Below are positions 51,901 through 63,700 of a stretch of 64,000 nucleotides of DNA, piece by piece. A program made the position numbers and the translations under genes. Origin of the DNA: Eledone cirrhosa (Eukaryota); the NCBI GenBank assembly GCA_964016885.1, contig OZ024758.1, positions 33,604,001 through 33,668,000 on the forward strand. Reading direction: 5' to 3'. The notes under the pieces were generated by a model. It was not told the DNA's origin, did no database searches, and saw only the letters and a list, made by a program, of their open reading frames with translations. Position 1 is the first letter of the stretch. Each line of letters starts with the position of its first letter.

Positions 51901-54900
51901 TGTTGGTGAGAATTCATTTAAGTTCATGGTACTAGCTGTCAGAAGTAACTCCACTGTTGGTGAGAATTCATTTAAGTTCATGGTATTAGTTTGTCAGAAG
52001 TAACTCCACTGTTGGTGAGAATTCATTTAAGTCATGGTATTAGTTGTCAGAAGTAACTCCAATGTTGGTGAGAATTCATTTAAGTCATGGTACTAGCTGT
52101 CAGAAGTAACTCCAATGTTGGTGAGAATTCATTTAAGTTCATGGTATTAGCTGTCAGAAGGAACTCCACTGTTGGTGAGAATTCATTTAAGTTCATGGTA
52201 TTAGCTGTCAGAAGTAACTCCACTGTTGGTGAGAATTCATTTAAGTTCATGGTACTAGCTGTCAGAAGTAACTCCAATGTTGGTGAGAATTCATTTAAGT
52301 TCATGGTATTAGCTGTCAGAAGTAACTCCACTGTTGGTGAGAATTCATTTAAGTCATGGTATTAGCTGTCAGAAGTAACTCCAATGTTGGTGAGAATTCA
52401 TTTAAGTTCATGGTATTAGCTGTCAGAAGTAACTCCACTGTTGGTGAGAATTCATTTAAGTTCATGGTATTAGCTGTCAGAAGTAACTCCACTGTTGGTG
52501 AGAATTCATTTAAGTTCATGGTATTAGTTTGTCAGAAGTAACTCCACTGTTGGTGAGAATTCATTTAAGTCATGGTATTAGTTGTCAGAAGTAACTCCAA
52601 TGTTGGTGAGAATTCATTTAAGTCATGGTACTAGCTGTCAGAAGTAACTCCAATGTTGGTGAGAATTCATTTAAGTTCATGGTATTAGCTGTCAGAAGGA
52701 ACTCCACTGTTGGTGAGAATTCATTTAAGTTCATGGTATTAGCTGTCAGAAGTAACTCAACTGTTGGTGAGAATTCATTTAAGTTCATGGTACTAGCTGT
52801 CAGAAGTAACTCCAATGTTGGTGAGAATTCATTTAAGTTCATGGTATTAGCTGTCAGAAGTAACTCCACTGTTGGTGAGAATTCATTTAAGTCATGGTAT
52901 TAGCTGTCAGAAGTAACTCCAATGTTGGTGAGAATTCATTTAAGTTCATGGTATTAGCTGTCAGAAGTAACTCCACTGTTGGTGAGAATTCATTTAAGTT
53001 CATGGTACTAGCTGTCAGAAGTAACTCCACTGTTGGTGAGAATTCATTTAAGTTCATGGTATTAGTTTGTCAGAAGTAACTCCACTGTTGGTGAGAATTC
53101 ATTTAAGTTCATAGTATTAGCTGTCAGAAGGAACGCCACTGTTGGTGAGAATTCATTTAAGTTCATGGTATTAGCTGTCAGAAGTAACTCCACTGTTGGT
53201 GAGAATTCATTTAAGTTCATGGTACTAGCTGTCAGAAGTAACTCCAATGTTGGTGAGAATTCATTTAAGTTCATGGTATTAGCTGTCAGAAGTAACTCCA
53301 CTGTTGGTGAGAATTCATTTAAGTCATGGTATTAGCTGTCAGAAGTAACTCCAATGTTGGTGAGAATTCATTTAAGTTCATGGTATTAGCTCTCAGAAGT
53401 AACTCCACTGTTGGTGAGAATTCATTTAAGTTCATGGTATTAGCTGTCAGAAGTAACTCCAATGTTGGTGAGAATTCATTTAAGTTCATGGTATTAGCTG
53501 TCAGAAGTAACTCCACTGTTGGTGAGAATTCATTTAAGTTCATGGTATTAGCTGTCAGAAGTAACTCCACTGTTGGTGAGAATTCATTTAAGTTCATGGT
53601 ACTAGCTGTCAGAAGTAACTCCACTGTTGGTGAGAATTCATTTAAGTTCATGGTATTAGTTTGTCAGAAGTAACTCCACTGTTGGTGAGAATTCATTTAA
53701 GTTCATAGTATTAGCTGTCAGAAGGAACGCCACTGTTGGTGAGAATTCATTTAAGTTCATGGTATTAGCTGTCAGAAGTAACTCCACTGTTGGTGAGAAT
53801 TCATTTAAGTTCATGGTACTAGCTGTCAGAAGTAACTCCAATGTTGGTGAGAATTCATTTAAGTTCATGGTATTAGCTGTCAGAAGTAACTCCACTGTTG
53901 GTGAGAATTCATTTAAGTTCATGGTATTAGCTGTCAGAAGTAACTCCACTGTTGGTGAGAATTCATTTAAGTTCATGGTATTAGCTGTCAGAAGGAACTC
54001 CACTGTTGGTGAGAATTCATTTAAGTTCATGGTACTAGCTGTCAGAAGTAACTCCACTGTTGGTGAGAATTCATTTAATTTCATGGTATTAGCTGTCAGA
54101 AGGAACTCCACTGTTGGTGAGAATTCATTTAAGTTCATGGTACTAGCTGTCAGAAGTAACTCCACTGTTGGTGAGAATTCATTTAAGTTCATGGTATTAG
54201 CTGTCAGAAGTAACTCCACTGTTGGTGAGAATTCATTTAAGTTCATGGTATTAGCTGTCAGAAGGAACTCCAATGTTGGTGAGAATTCATTTAAGTCATG
54301 GTACTAGCTGTCAGAAGTAACTCCACTGTTGGTGAGAATTCATTTAAGTTCATGGTATTAGCTGTCAGAAGGAACGCCACTGTTGGTGAGAATTCATTTA
54401 AGTTCATGGTAGTAGCTGTCAGAAGTAACTCCACTGTTGGTGAGAATTCATTTAAGTTCATGGTACTAGCTGTCAGAAGTAACTCCAATGTTGGTGAGAA
54501 TTCATTTAAGTTCATGGTATTAGCTGTCAGAAGGAACTCCACTGTTGGTGAGAATTCATTTAAGTTCATGGTACTAGCTGTCAGAAGTAACTCCAATGTT
54601 GGTGAGAATTCATTTAAGTTCATGGTACTAGCTGTCAGAAGTAACTCCACTGTTGGTGAGAATTCATTTAAGTTCATGGTATTAGCTGTCAGAAGTAACT
54701 CCACTGTTGGTGAGCATTCATTTAAGTCAGGGTATTAGCTGTCAGAAGTAACTCCATTGTTGGTGAGCATTCATTTAAGTCATGGTACTAGCTGTCAGAA
54801 GTAACTCCACTGTTGGTGAGAATTCATTTAAGTTCATGGTATTAGCTGTCAGAAGTCACTCCACTGTTGGTGAGAATTCATTTAAGTTCATGGTACTAGC

Positions 54901-55900
54901 TGTCAGAAGTAACTCCACTGTTGGTGAGAATTCATTTAAGTTCATGGTATTAGTTTGTCAGAAGTAACTCCACTGTTGGTGAGAATTCATTTAAGTCATG
55001 GTATTAGCTGTCAGAAGTAACTCCAATGTTGGTGAGAATTCATTTAAGTTCATGGTATTAGCTGTCAGAAGTAACTCCACTGTTGGTGAGAATTCATTTA
55101 AGTTCATGGTATTAGCTGTCAGAAGTAACTCCACTGTTGGTGAGAATTCATTTAAGTTCATGGTATTAGCTGTCAGAAGGAACTCCACTGTTGGTGAGAA
55201 TTCATTTAAGTTCATGGTACTAGCTGTCAGAAGTAACTCCACTGTTGGTGAGAATTCATTTAAGTCATGGTATTAGCTGTCAGAAGTAACTCCAATGTTG
55301 GTGAGAATTCATTTAAGTTCATGGTATTAGCTGTCAGAAGTAACTCCACTGTTGGTGAGAATTCATTTAAGTCATGGTATTAGCTGTCAGAAGTAACTCC
55401 ATTGTTGGTGAGCATTCATTTAAGTCATGGTACTAGCTGTCAGAAGTAACTCCACTGTTGGTGAGAATTCATTTAAGTTCATGGTATTAGCTGTCAGAAG
55501 TAACTCCAATGTTGGTGAGAATTCATTTAAGTTCATGGTACTAGCTGTCAGAAGTAACTCCACTGTTGGTGAGAATTCATTTAAGTTCATGGTATTAGTT
55601 TGTCAGAAGTAACTCCACTGTTGGTGAGAATTCATTTAAGTCATGGTATTAGTTGTCAGAAGTAACTCCAATGTTGGTGAGAATTCATTTAAGTTCATGG
55701 TATTAGCTGTCAGAAGGAACTCCACTGTTGGTGAGAATTCATTTAAGTTCATGGTATTAGCTGTCAGAAGTAACTCCACTTTTGGTGAGAATTCATTTAA
55801 GTTCATGGTACTAGCTGTCAGAAGTAACTCCAATGTTGGTGAGAATTCATTTAAGTTCATGGTATTAGCTGTCAGAAGTAACTCCACTGTTGGTGAGAAT
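48960..55900. repeat. Higher-order tandem duplication, 3,555-bp offset (about 66 monomers)
   Basis: ORFs 49070/52625, 49339/52894, 49771/53326, 50204/53759 and 50743/54298 are offset by 3555, then 51389/54998 by 3609 (one extra monomer). Shared rare variants are GCTCTC, GGTAGTAG and GTCAGGG. Confidence 0.88.
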
Positions 55901-55909
55901 TCATTTAAG

Positions 55910-58900
55910 TCATGGTATTAGCTGTCAGAAGTAACTCCAATGTTGGTGAGAATTCATTTAAGTTCATGGTATTAGCTGTCAGAAGTAACTCCACTGTTGG
56001 TGAGAATTCATTTAAGTTCATGGTATTAGCTGTCAGAAGTAACTCCACTGTTGGTGAGAATTCATTTAAGTTCATGGTACTAGCTGTCAGAAGTAACTCC
56101 ACTGTTGGTGAGAATTCATTTAAGTTCATGGTATTAGTTTGTCAGAAGTAACTCCACTGTTGGTGAGAATTCATTTAAGTTCATAGTATTAGCTGTCAGA
56201 AGGAACGCCACTGTTGGTGAGAATTCATTTAAGTTCATGGTATTAGGTGTCAGAAGTAACTCCACTGTTGGTGAGAATTCATTTAAGTTCATGGTACTAG
56301 CTGTCAGAAGTAACTCCAATGTTGGTGAGAATTCATTTAAGTTCATGGTATTAGCTGTCAGAAGGAACTCCACTGTTGGTAAGAATTCATTTAAGTTCAT
56401 GGTATTAGCTGTCAGAAGTAACTCCATTGTTGGTGAGAATTCATTTAAGTCATGGTACTAGCTGTCAGAAGTAACTCCACTGTTGGTGAGAATTCATTTA
56501 AATTCATGGTATTAGTTTCTCAGAAGTAACTCCACTCTTGGTGAGAATTCATTTAAGTCATGGTATTAGTTGTCAGAAGTAACTCCAATGTTGGTGAGAA
56601 TTCATTTAAGTTCATGGTACTAGCTGTCAGAAGTAACTCCATTGTTGGTGAGAATTCATTTAAGTTCATGGTACTAGCTGTCAGAAGTAACTCCACTGTT
56701 GGTGAGAATTCATTTAAGTCATGGTATTAGCTGTCAGAAGTAACTCCAATGTTGGTGAGAATTCATTTAAGTTCATGGTATTAGCTGTCAGAAGTAACTC
56801 CACTGTTGGTGAGAATTCATTTAAGTCATGGTATTAGCTGTCAGAAGTAACTCCATTGTTGGTGAGCATTCATTTAAGTCATGGTACTAGCTGTCAGAAG
56901 TAACTCCACTGTTGGTGAGAATTCATTTAAGTTCATGGTATTAGCTGTCAGAAGTCACTCCACTGTTGGTGAGAATTCATTTAAGTTCATGGTACTAGCT
57001 GTCAGAAGTAACTCCACTGTTGGTGAGAATTCATTTAAGTTCATGGTATTAGTTTGTCAGAAGTAACTCCACTGTTGGTGAGAATTCATTTAAGTCATGG
57101 TATTAGTTGTCAGAAGTAACTCCAATGTTGGTGAGAATTCATTTAAGTCATGGTACTAGCTGTCAGAAGTAACTCCAATGTTGGTGAGAATTCATTTAAG
57201 TTCATGGTATTAGCTGTCAGAAGGAACTCCACTGTTGGTGAGAATTCATTTAAGTTCATGGTATTAGCTGTCAGAAGTAACTCCACTGTTGGTGAGAATT
57301 CATTTAAGTTCATGGTACTAGCTGTCAGAAGTAACTCCAATGTTGGTGAGAATTCATTTAAGTTCATGGTATTAGCTGTCAGAAGTAACTCCACTGTTGG
57401 TGAGAATTCATTTAAGTCATGGTATTAGCTGTCAGAAGTAACTCCAATGTTGGTGAGAATTCATTTAAGTTCATGGTATTAGCTGTCAGAAGTAACTCCA
57501 CTGTTGGTGAGAATTCATTTAAGTTCATGGTATTAGCTGTCAGAAGGAACTCCACTGTTGGTGAGAATTCATTTAAGTTCATGGTACTAGCTGTCAGAAG
57601 TAACTCCACTGTTGGTGAGAATTCATTTAAGTTCATGGTATTAGTTTGTCAGAAGTAACTCCACTGTTGGTGAGAATTCATTTAAGTTCATAGTATTAGC
57701 TGTCAGAAGGAACGCCACTGTTGGTGAGAATTCATTTAAGTTCATGGTATTAGGTGTCAGAAGTAACTCCACTGTTGGTGAGAATTCATTTAAGTTCATG
57801 GTACTAGCTGTCATAAGTAACTCCAATGTTGGTGAGAATTCATTTAAGTTCATGGTATTAGCTGTCAGAAGGAACTCCACTGTTGGTAAGAATTCATTTA
57901 AGTTCATGGTATTAGCTGTCAGAAGTAACTCCATTGTTGGTGAGAATTCATTTAAGTCATGGTACTAGCTGTCAGAAGTAACTCCACTGTTGGTGAGAAT
58001 TCATTTAAGTTCATGGTATTAGTTTCTCAGAAGTAACTCCACTCTTGGTGAGAATTCATTTAAGTCATGGTATTAGTTGTCAGAAGTAACTCCAATGTTG
58101 GTGAGAATTCATTTAAGTTCATGGTACTAGCTGTCAGAAGTAACTCCATTGTTGGTGAGAATTCATTTAAGTTCATGGTACTAGCTGTCAGAAGTAACTC
58201 CACTGTTGGTGAGAATTCATTTAAGTCATGGTATTAGCTGTCAGAAGTAACTCCAATGTTGGTGAGAATTCATTTAAGTTCATGGTATTAGCTGTCAGAA
58301 GTAACTCCACTGTTGGTGAGAATTCATTTAAGTCATGGTATTAGCTGTCAGAAGTAACTCCATTGTTGGTGAGCATTCATTTAAGTCATGGTACTAGCTG
58401 TCAGAAGTAACTCCACTGTTGGTGAGAATTCATTTAAGTTCATGGTATTAGCTGTCAGAAGGAACTCCACTGTTGGTGAGAATTCATTTAAGTTCATGGT
58501 ACTAGCTGTCAGAAGTAACTCCACTGTTGGTGAGAATTCATTTAAGTTCATGGTATTAGTTTGTCAGAAGTAACTCCACTGTTGGTGAGAATTCATTTAA
58601 GTTCATAGTATTAGCTGTCAGAAGGAACGCCACTGTTGGTGAGAATTCATTTAAGTTCATGGTATTAGGTGTCAGAAGTAACTCCACTGTTGGTGAGAAT
58701 TCATTTAAGTTCATGGTACTAGCTGTCATAAGTAACTCCAATGTTGGTGAGAATTCATTTAAGTTCATGGTATTAGCTGTCAGAAGGAACTCCACTGTTG
58801 GTAAGAATTCATTTAAGTTCATGGTATTAGCTGTCAGAAGTAACTCCATTGTTGGTGAGAATTCATTTAAGTCATGGTACTAGCTGTCAGAAGTAACTCC

Positions 58901-60700
58901 ACTGTTGGTGAGAATTCATTTAAGTTCATGGTATTAGTTTCTCAGAAGTAACTCCACTCTTGGTGAGAATTCATTTAAGTCATGGTATTAGTTGTCAGAA
59001 GTAACTCCAATGTTGGTGAGAATTCATTTAAGTTCATGGTACTAGCTGTCAGAAGTAACTCCATTGTTGGTGAGAATTCATTTAAGTTCATGGTACTAGC
59101 TGTCAGAAGTAACTCCACTGTTGGTGAGAATTCATTTAAGTCATGGTATTAGCTGTCAGAAGTAACTCCAATGTTGGTGAGAATTCATTTAAGTTCATGG
59201 TATTAGCTGTCAGAAGTAACTCCACTGTTGGTGAGAATTCATTTAAGTCATGGTATTAGCTGTCAGAAGTAACTCCATTGTTGGTGAGCATTCATTTAAG
59301 TCATGGTACTAGCTGTCAGAAGTAACTCCACTGTTGGTGAGAATTCATTTAAGTTCATGGTATTAGCTGTCAGAAGTCACTCCACTGTTGGTGAGAATTC
59401 ATTTAAGTTCATGGTACTAGCTGTCAGAAGTAACTCCACTGTTGGTGAGAATTCATTTAAGTTCATGGTATTAGTTTGTCAGAAGTAACTCCACTGTTGG
59501 TGAGAATTCATTTAAGTCATGGTATTAGTTGTCAGAAGTAACTCCAATGTTGGTGAAATTCATTTAAGTCATGGTACTAGCTGTCAGAAGTAACTCCAAT
59601 GTTGGTGAGAATTCATTTAAGTTCATGGTATTAGCTGTCAGAAGGAACTCCACTGTTGGTGAGAATTCATTTAAGTTCATGGTATTAGCTGTCAGAAGTA
59701 ACTCCACTGTTGGTGAGAATTCATTTAAGTTCATGGTACTAGCTGTCAGAAGTAACTCCAATGTTGGTGAGAATTCATTTAAGTTCATGGTATTAGCTGT
59801 CAGAAGTAACTCCACTGTTGGTGAGAATTCATTTAAGTCATGGTATTAGCTGTCAGAAGTAACTCCAATGTTGGTGAGAATTCATTTAAGCTCATGGTAT
59901 TAGCTGTCAGAAGTAACTCCACTGTTGGTGAGAATTCATTTAAGTTCATGTTATTAGCTGTCAGAAGTAACTCCACTGTTGGTGAGAATTCATTTAAGTT
60001 CATGGTACTAGCTGTCAGAAGTAACTCCACTGTTGGTGAGAATTCATTTAAGTTCATGGTATTAGTTTGTCAGAAGTAACTCCACTGTTGGTGAGAATTC
60101 ATTTAAGTTCATAGTATTAGCTGTCAGAAGGAACGCCACTGTTGGTGAGAATTCATTTAAGTTCATGGTATTAGGTGTCAGAAGTAACTCCACTGTTGGT
60201 GAGAATTCATTTAAGTTCATGGTACTAGCTGTCAGAAGTAACTCCAATGTTGGTGAGAATTCATTTAAGTTCATGGTATTAGCTGTCAGAAGGAACTCCA
60301 CTGTTGGTAAGAATTCATTTAAGTTCATGGTATTAGCTGTCAGAAGTAACTCCATTGTTGGTGAGAATTCATTTAAGTCATGGTACTAGCTGTCAGAAGT
60401 AACTCCACTGTTGGTGAGAATTCATTTAAGTTCATGGTATTAGTTTCTCAGAAGTAACTCCACTCTTGGTGAGAATTCATTTAAGTCATGGTATTAGTTG
60501 TCAGAAGTAACTCCAATGTTGGTGAGAATTCATTTAAGTTCATGGTACTAGCTGTCAGAAGTAACTCCATTGTTGGTGAGAATTCATTTAAGTTCATGGT
60601 ACTAGCTGTCAGAAGTAACTCCACTGTTGGTGAGAATTCATTTAAGTTCATGGTATTAGTTTGTCAGAAGTAACTCCACTGTTGGTGAGAATTCATTTAA
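55910..60700. repeat. Four-copy local higher-order repeat (periods 1,507, 915 and 1,506 bp)
   Basis: The cassette TTAGGTGTC...GGTAAGAAT...TTTCTCAG...CACTCTTGG occurs at ORF starts 56237, 57744, 58659 and 60165. Confidence 0.85.
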
Positions 60701-63700
60701 GTCATGGTATTAGTTGTCAGAAGTAACTCCAATGTTGGTGAGAATTCATTTAAGTCATGGTACTAGCTGTCAGAAGTAACTCCAATGTTGGTGAGAATTC
60801 ATTTAAGTTCATGGTATTAGCTGTCAGAAGGAACTCCACTGTTGGTGAGAATTCATTTAAGTTCATGGTATTAGCTGTCAGAAGTAACTCAACTGTTGGT
60901 GAGAATTCATTTAAGTTCATGGTACTAGCTGTCAGAAGTAACTCCAATGTTGGTGAGAATTCATTTAAGTTCATGGTATTAGCTGTCAGAAGTAACTCCA
61001 CTGTTGGTGAGAATTCATTTAAGTCATGGTATTAGCTGTCAGAAGTAACTCCAATGTTGGTGAGAATTCATTTAAGTTCATGGTATTAGCTGTCAGAAGT
61101 AACTCCACTGTTGGTGAGAATTCATTTAAGTTCATGGTATTAGCTGTCAGAAGTAACTCCACTGTTGGTGAGAATTCATTTAAGTTCATGGTATTAGCTG
61201 TCAGAAGGAACTCCACTGTTGGTGAGAATTCATTTAAGTTCATGGTACTAGCTGTCAGAAGTAACTCCACTGTTGGTGAGAATTCATTTAAGTTCATGGT
61301 ATTAGCTGTCAGAAGTAACTCCACTGTTGGTGAGAATTCATTTATGTTCATGGTACTAGTTGTCAGAAGTAACTCCACTGTTGGTGAGAATATATTTAAG
61401 TTCATGGTATTAGTTGTCAGAAGTAACTCCACTGTTGGTGAGAATTCATTTAAGTCATGGTATTAGTTGTCAGAAGTAACTCCAATGTTGGTGAGAATTC
61501 ATTTAAGTTCATGGTACTAGCTGTCAGAAGTAACTCCACTGTTGGTGAGAATTCATTTAAGTTCATGGTATTAGCTGTCAGAAGTAACTCCACTGTTGGT
61601 GAGAATTCATTTAAGTCATGGTATTAGCTGTCAGAAGTAACTCCATTGTTGGTGAGCATTCATTTAAGTCATGGTATTAGCTGTCAGAAGTAACTCCACT
61701 GTTGGTGAGAATTCATTTAAGTTCATGGTATTAGCTGTCAGAAGTCACTCCACTGTTGGTGAGAATTCATTTAAGTTCATGGTACTAGCTGTCAGAAGTA
61801 ACTCCACTGTTGGTGAGAATTCATTTAAGTTCATGGTATTAGTTTGTCAGAAGTAACTCCACTGTTGGTGAGAATTCATTTAAGTCATGGTATTAGTTGT
61901 CAGAAGTAACTCCAATGTTGGTGAGAATTCATTTAAGTCATGGTACTAGCTGTCAGAAGTAACTCCAATGTTGGTGAGAATTCATTTAAGTTCATGGTAT
62001 TAGCTGTCAGAAGGAACTCCACTGTTGGTGAGAATTCATTTAAGTTCATGGTATTAGCTGTCAGAAGTAACTCCACTGTTGGTGAGAATTCATTTAAGTT
62101 CATGGTACTAGCTGTCAGAAGTAACTCCAATGTTGGTGAGAATTCATTTAAGTTCATGGTATTAGCTGTCAGAAGTAACTCCACTGTTGGTGAGAATTCA
62201 TTTAAGTCATGGTATTAGCTGTCAGAAGTAACTCCAATGTTGGTGAGAATTCATTTAAGTTCATAGTATTAGCTGTCAGAAGTAACTCCACTGTTGGTGA
62301 GAATTCATTTAAGTTCATGGTATTAGCTGTCAGAAGTAACTCCACTGTTGGTGAGAATTCATTTAAGTTCATGGTACTAGCTGTCAGAAGTAACTCCACT
62401 GTTGGTGAGAATTCATTTAAGTTCATGGTATTAGTTTGTCAGAAGTAACTCCACTGTTGGTGAGAATTCATTTAAGTTCATAGTATTAGCTGTCAGAAGG
62501 AACGCCACTGTTGGTGAGAATTCATTTAAGTTCATGGTATTAGCTGTCAGAAGTAACTCCACTGTTGGTGAGAATTCATTTAAGTTCATGGTACTAGCTG
62601 TCAGAAGTAAATCTATGTTGGTGAGAATTCATTTAAGTTCATGGTATTAGCTGTCAGAAGGAACTCCACTGTTGGTGAGAATTCATTTAAGTTCATGGTA
62701 TTAGCTGTCAGAAGTAACTCCATTGTTGGTGAGAATTCATTTAAGTCATGGTACTAGCTGTCAGAAGTAACTCCACTGTTGGTGAGAATTCATTTAAGTT
62801 CATGGTATTAGTTTGTCAGAAGTAACTCCACTGTTGGTGAGAATTCATTTAAGTCATGGTATTAGTTGTCAGAAGTAACTCCAATGTTGGTGAGAATTCA
62901 TTTAAGTTCATGGTACTAGCTGTCAGAAGTAACTCCATTGTTGGTGAGAATTCATTTAAGTTCATGGTACTAGCTGTCAGAAGTAACTCCACTGTTGGTG
63001 AGAATTCATTTAAGTTCATGGTATTAGTTTGTCAGAAGTAACTCCACTGTTGGTGAGAATTCATTTAAGTCATGGTATTAGTTGTCAGAAGTAACTCCAA
63101 TGTTGGTGAGAATTCATTTAAGTCATGATACTAGCTGTCAGAAGTAACTCCAATGTTGGTGAGAATTCATTTAAGTTCATGGTATTAGCTGTCAGAAGGA
63201 ACTCCACTGTTGGTGAGAATTCATTTGAGTTCATGGTATTAGCTGTCAGAAGTAACTCAACTGTTGGTGAGAATTCATTTAAGTTCATGGTACTAGCTGT
63301 CAGAAGTAACTCCAATGTTGGTGAGAATTCATTTAAGTTCATGGTATTAGCTGTCAGAAGTAACTCCACTGTTGGTGAGAATTCATTTAAGTCATGGTAT
63401 TAGCTGTCAGAAGTAACTCCAATGTTGGTGAGAATTCATTTAAGTTCATGGTATTAGCTGTCAGAAGTAACTCCACTGTTGGTGAGAATTCATTTAAGTT
63501 CATGGTATTAGCTGTCAGAAGTAACTCCACTGTTGGTGAGAATTCATTTAAGTTCATGGTATTAGCTGTCAGAAGGAACTCCACTGTTGGTGAGAATTCA
63601 TTTAAGTTCATGGTACTAGCTGTCAGAAGTAACTCCACTGTTGGTGAGAATTCATTTAAGTTCATGGTATTAGCTGTCAGAAGTAACTCCACTGTTGGTG

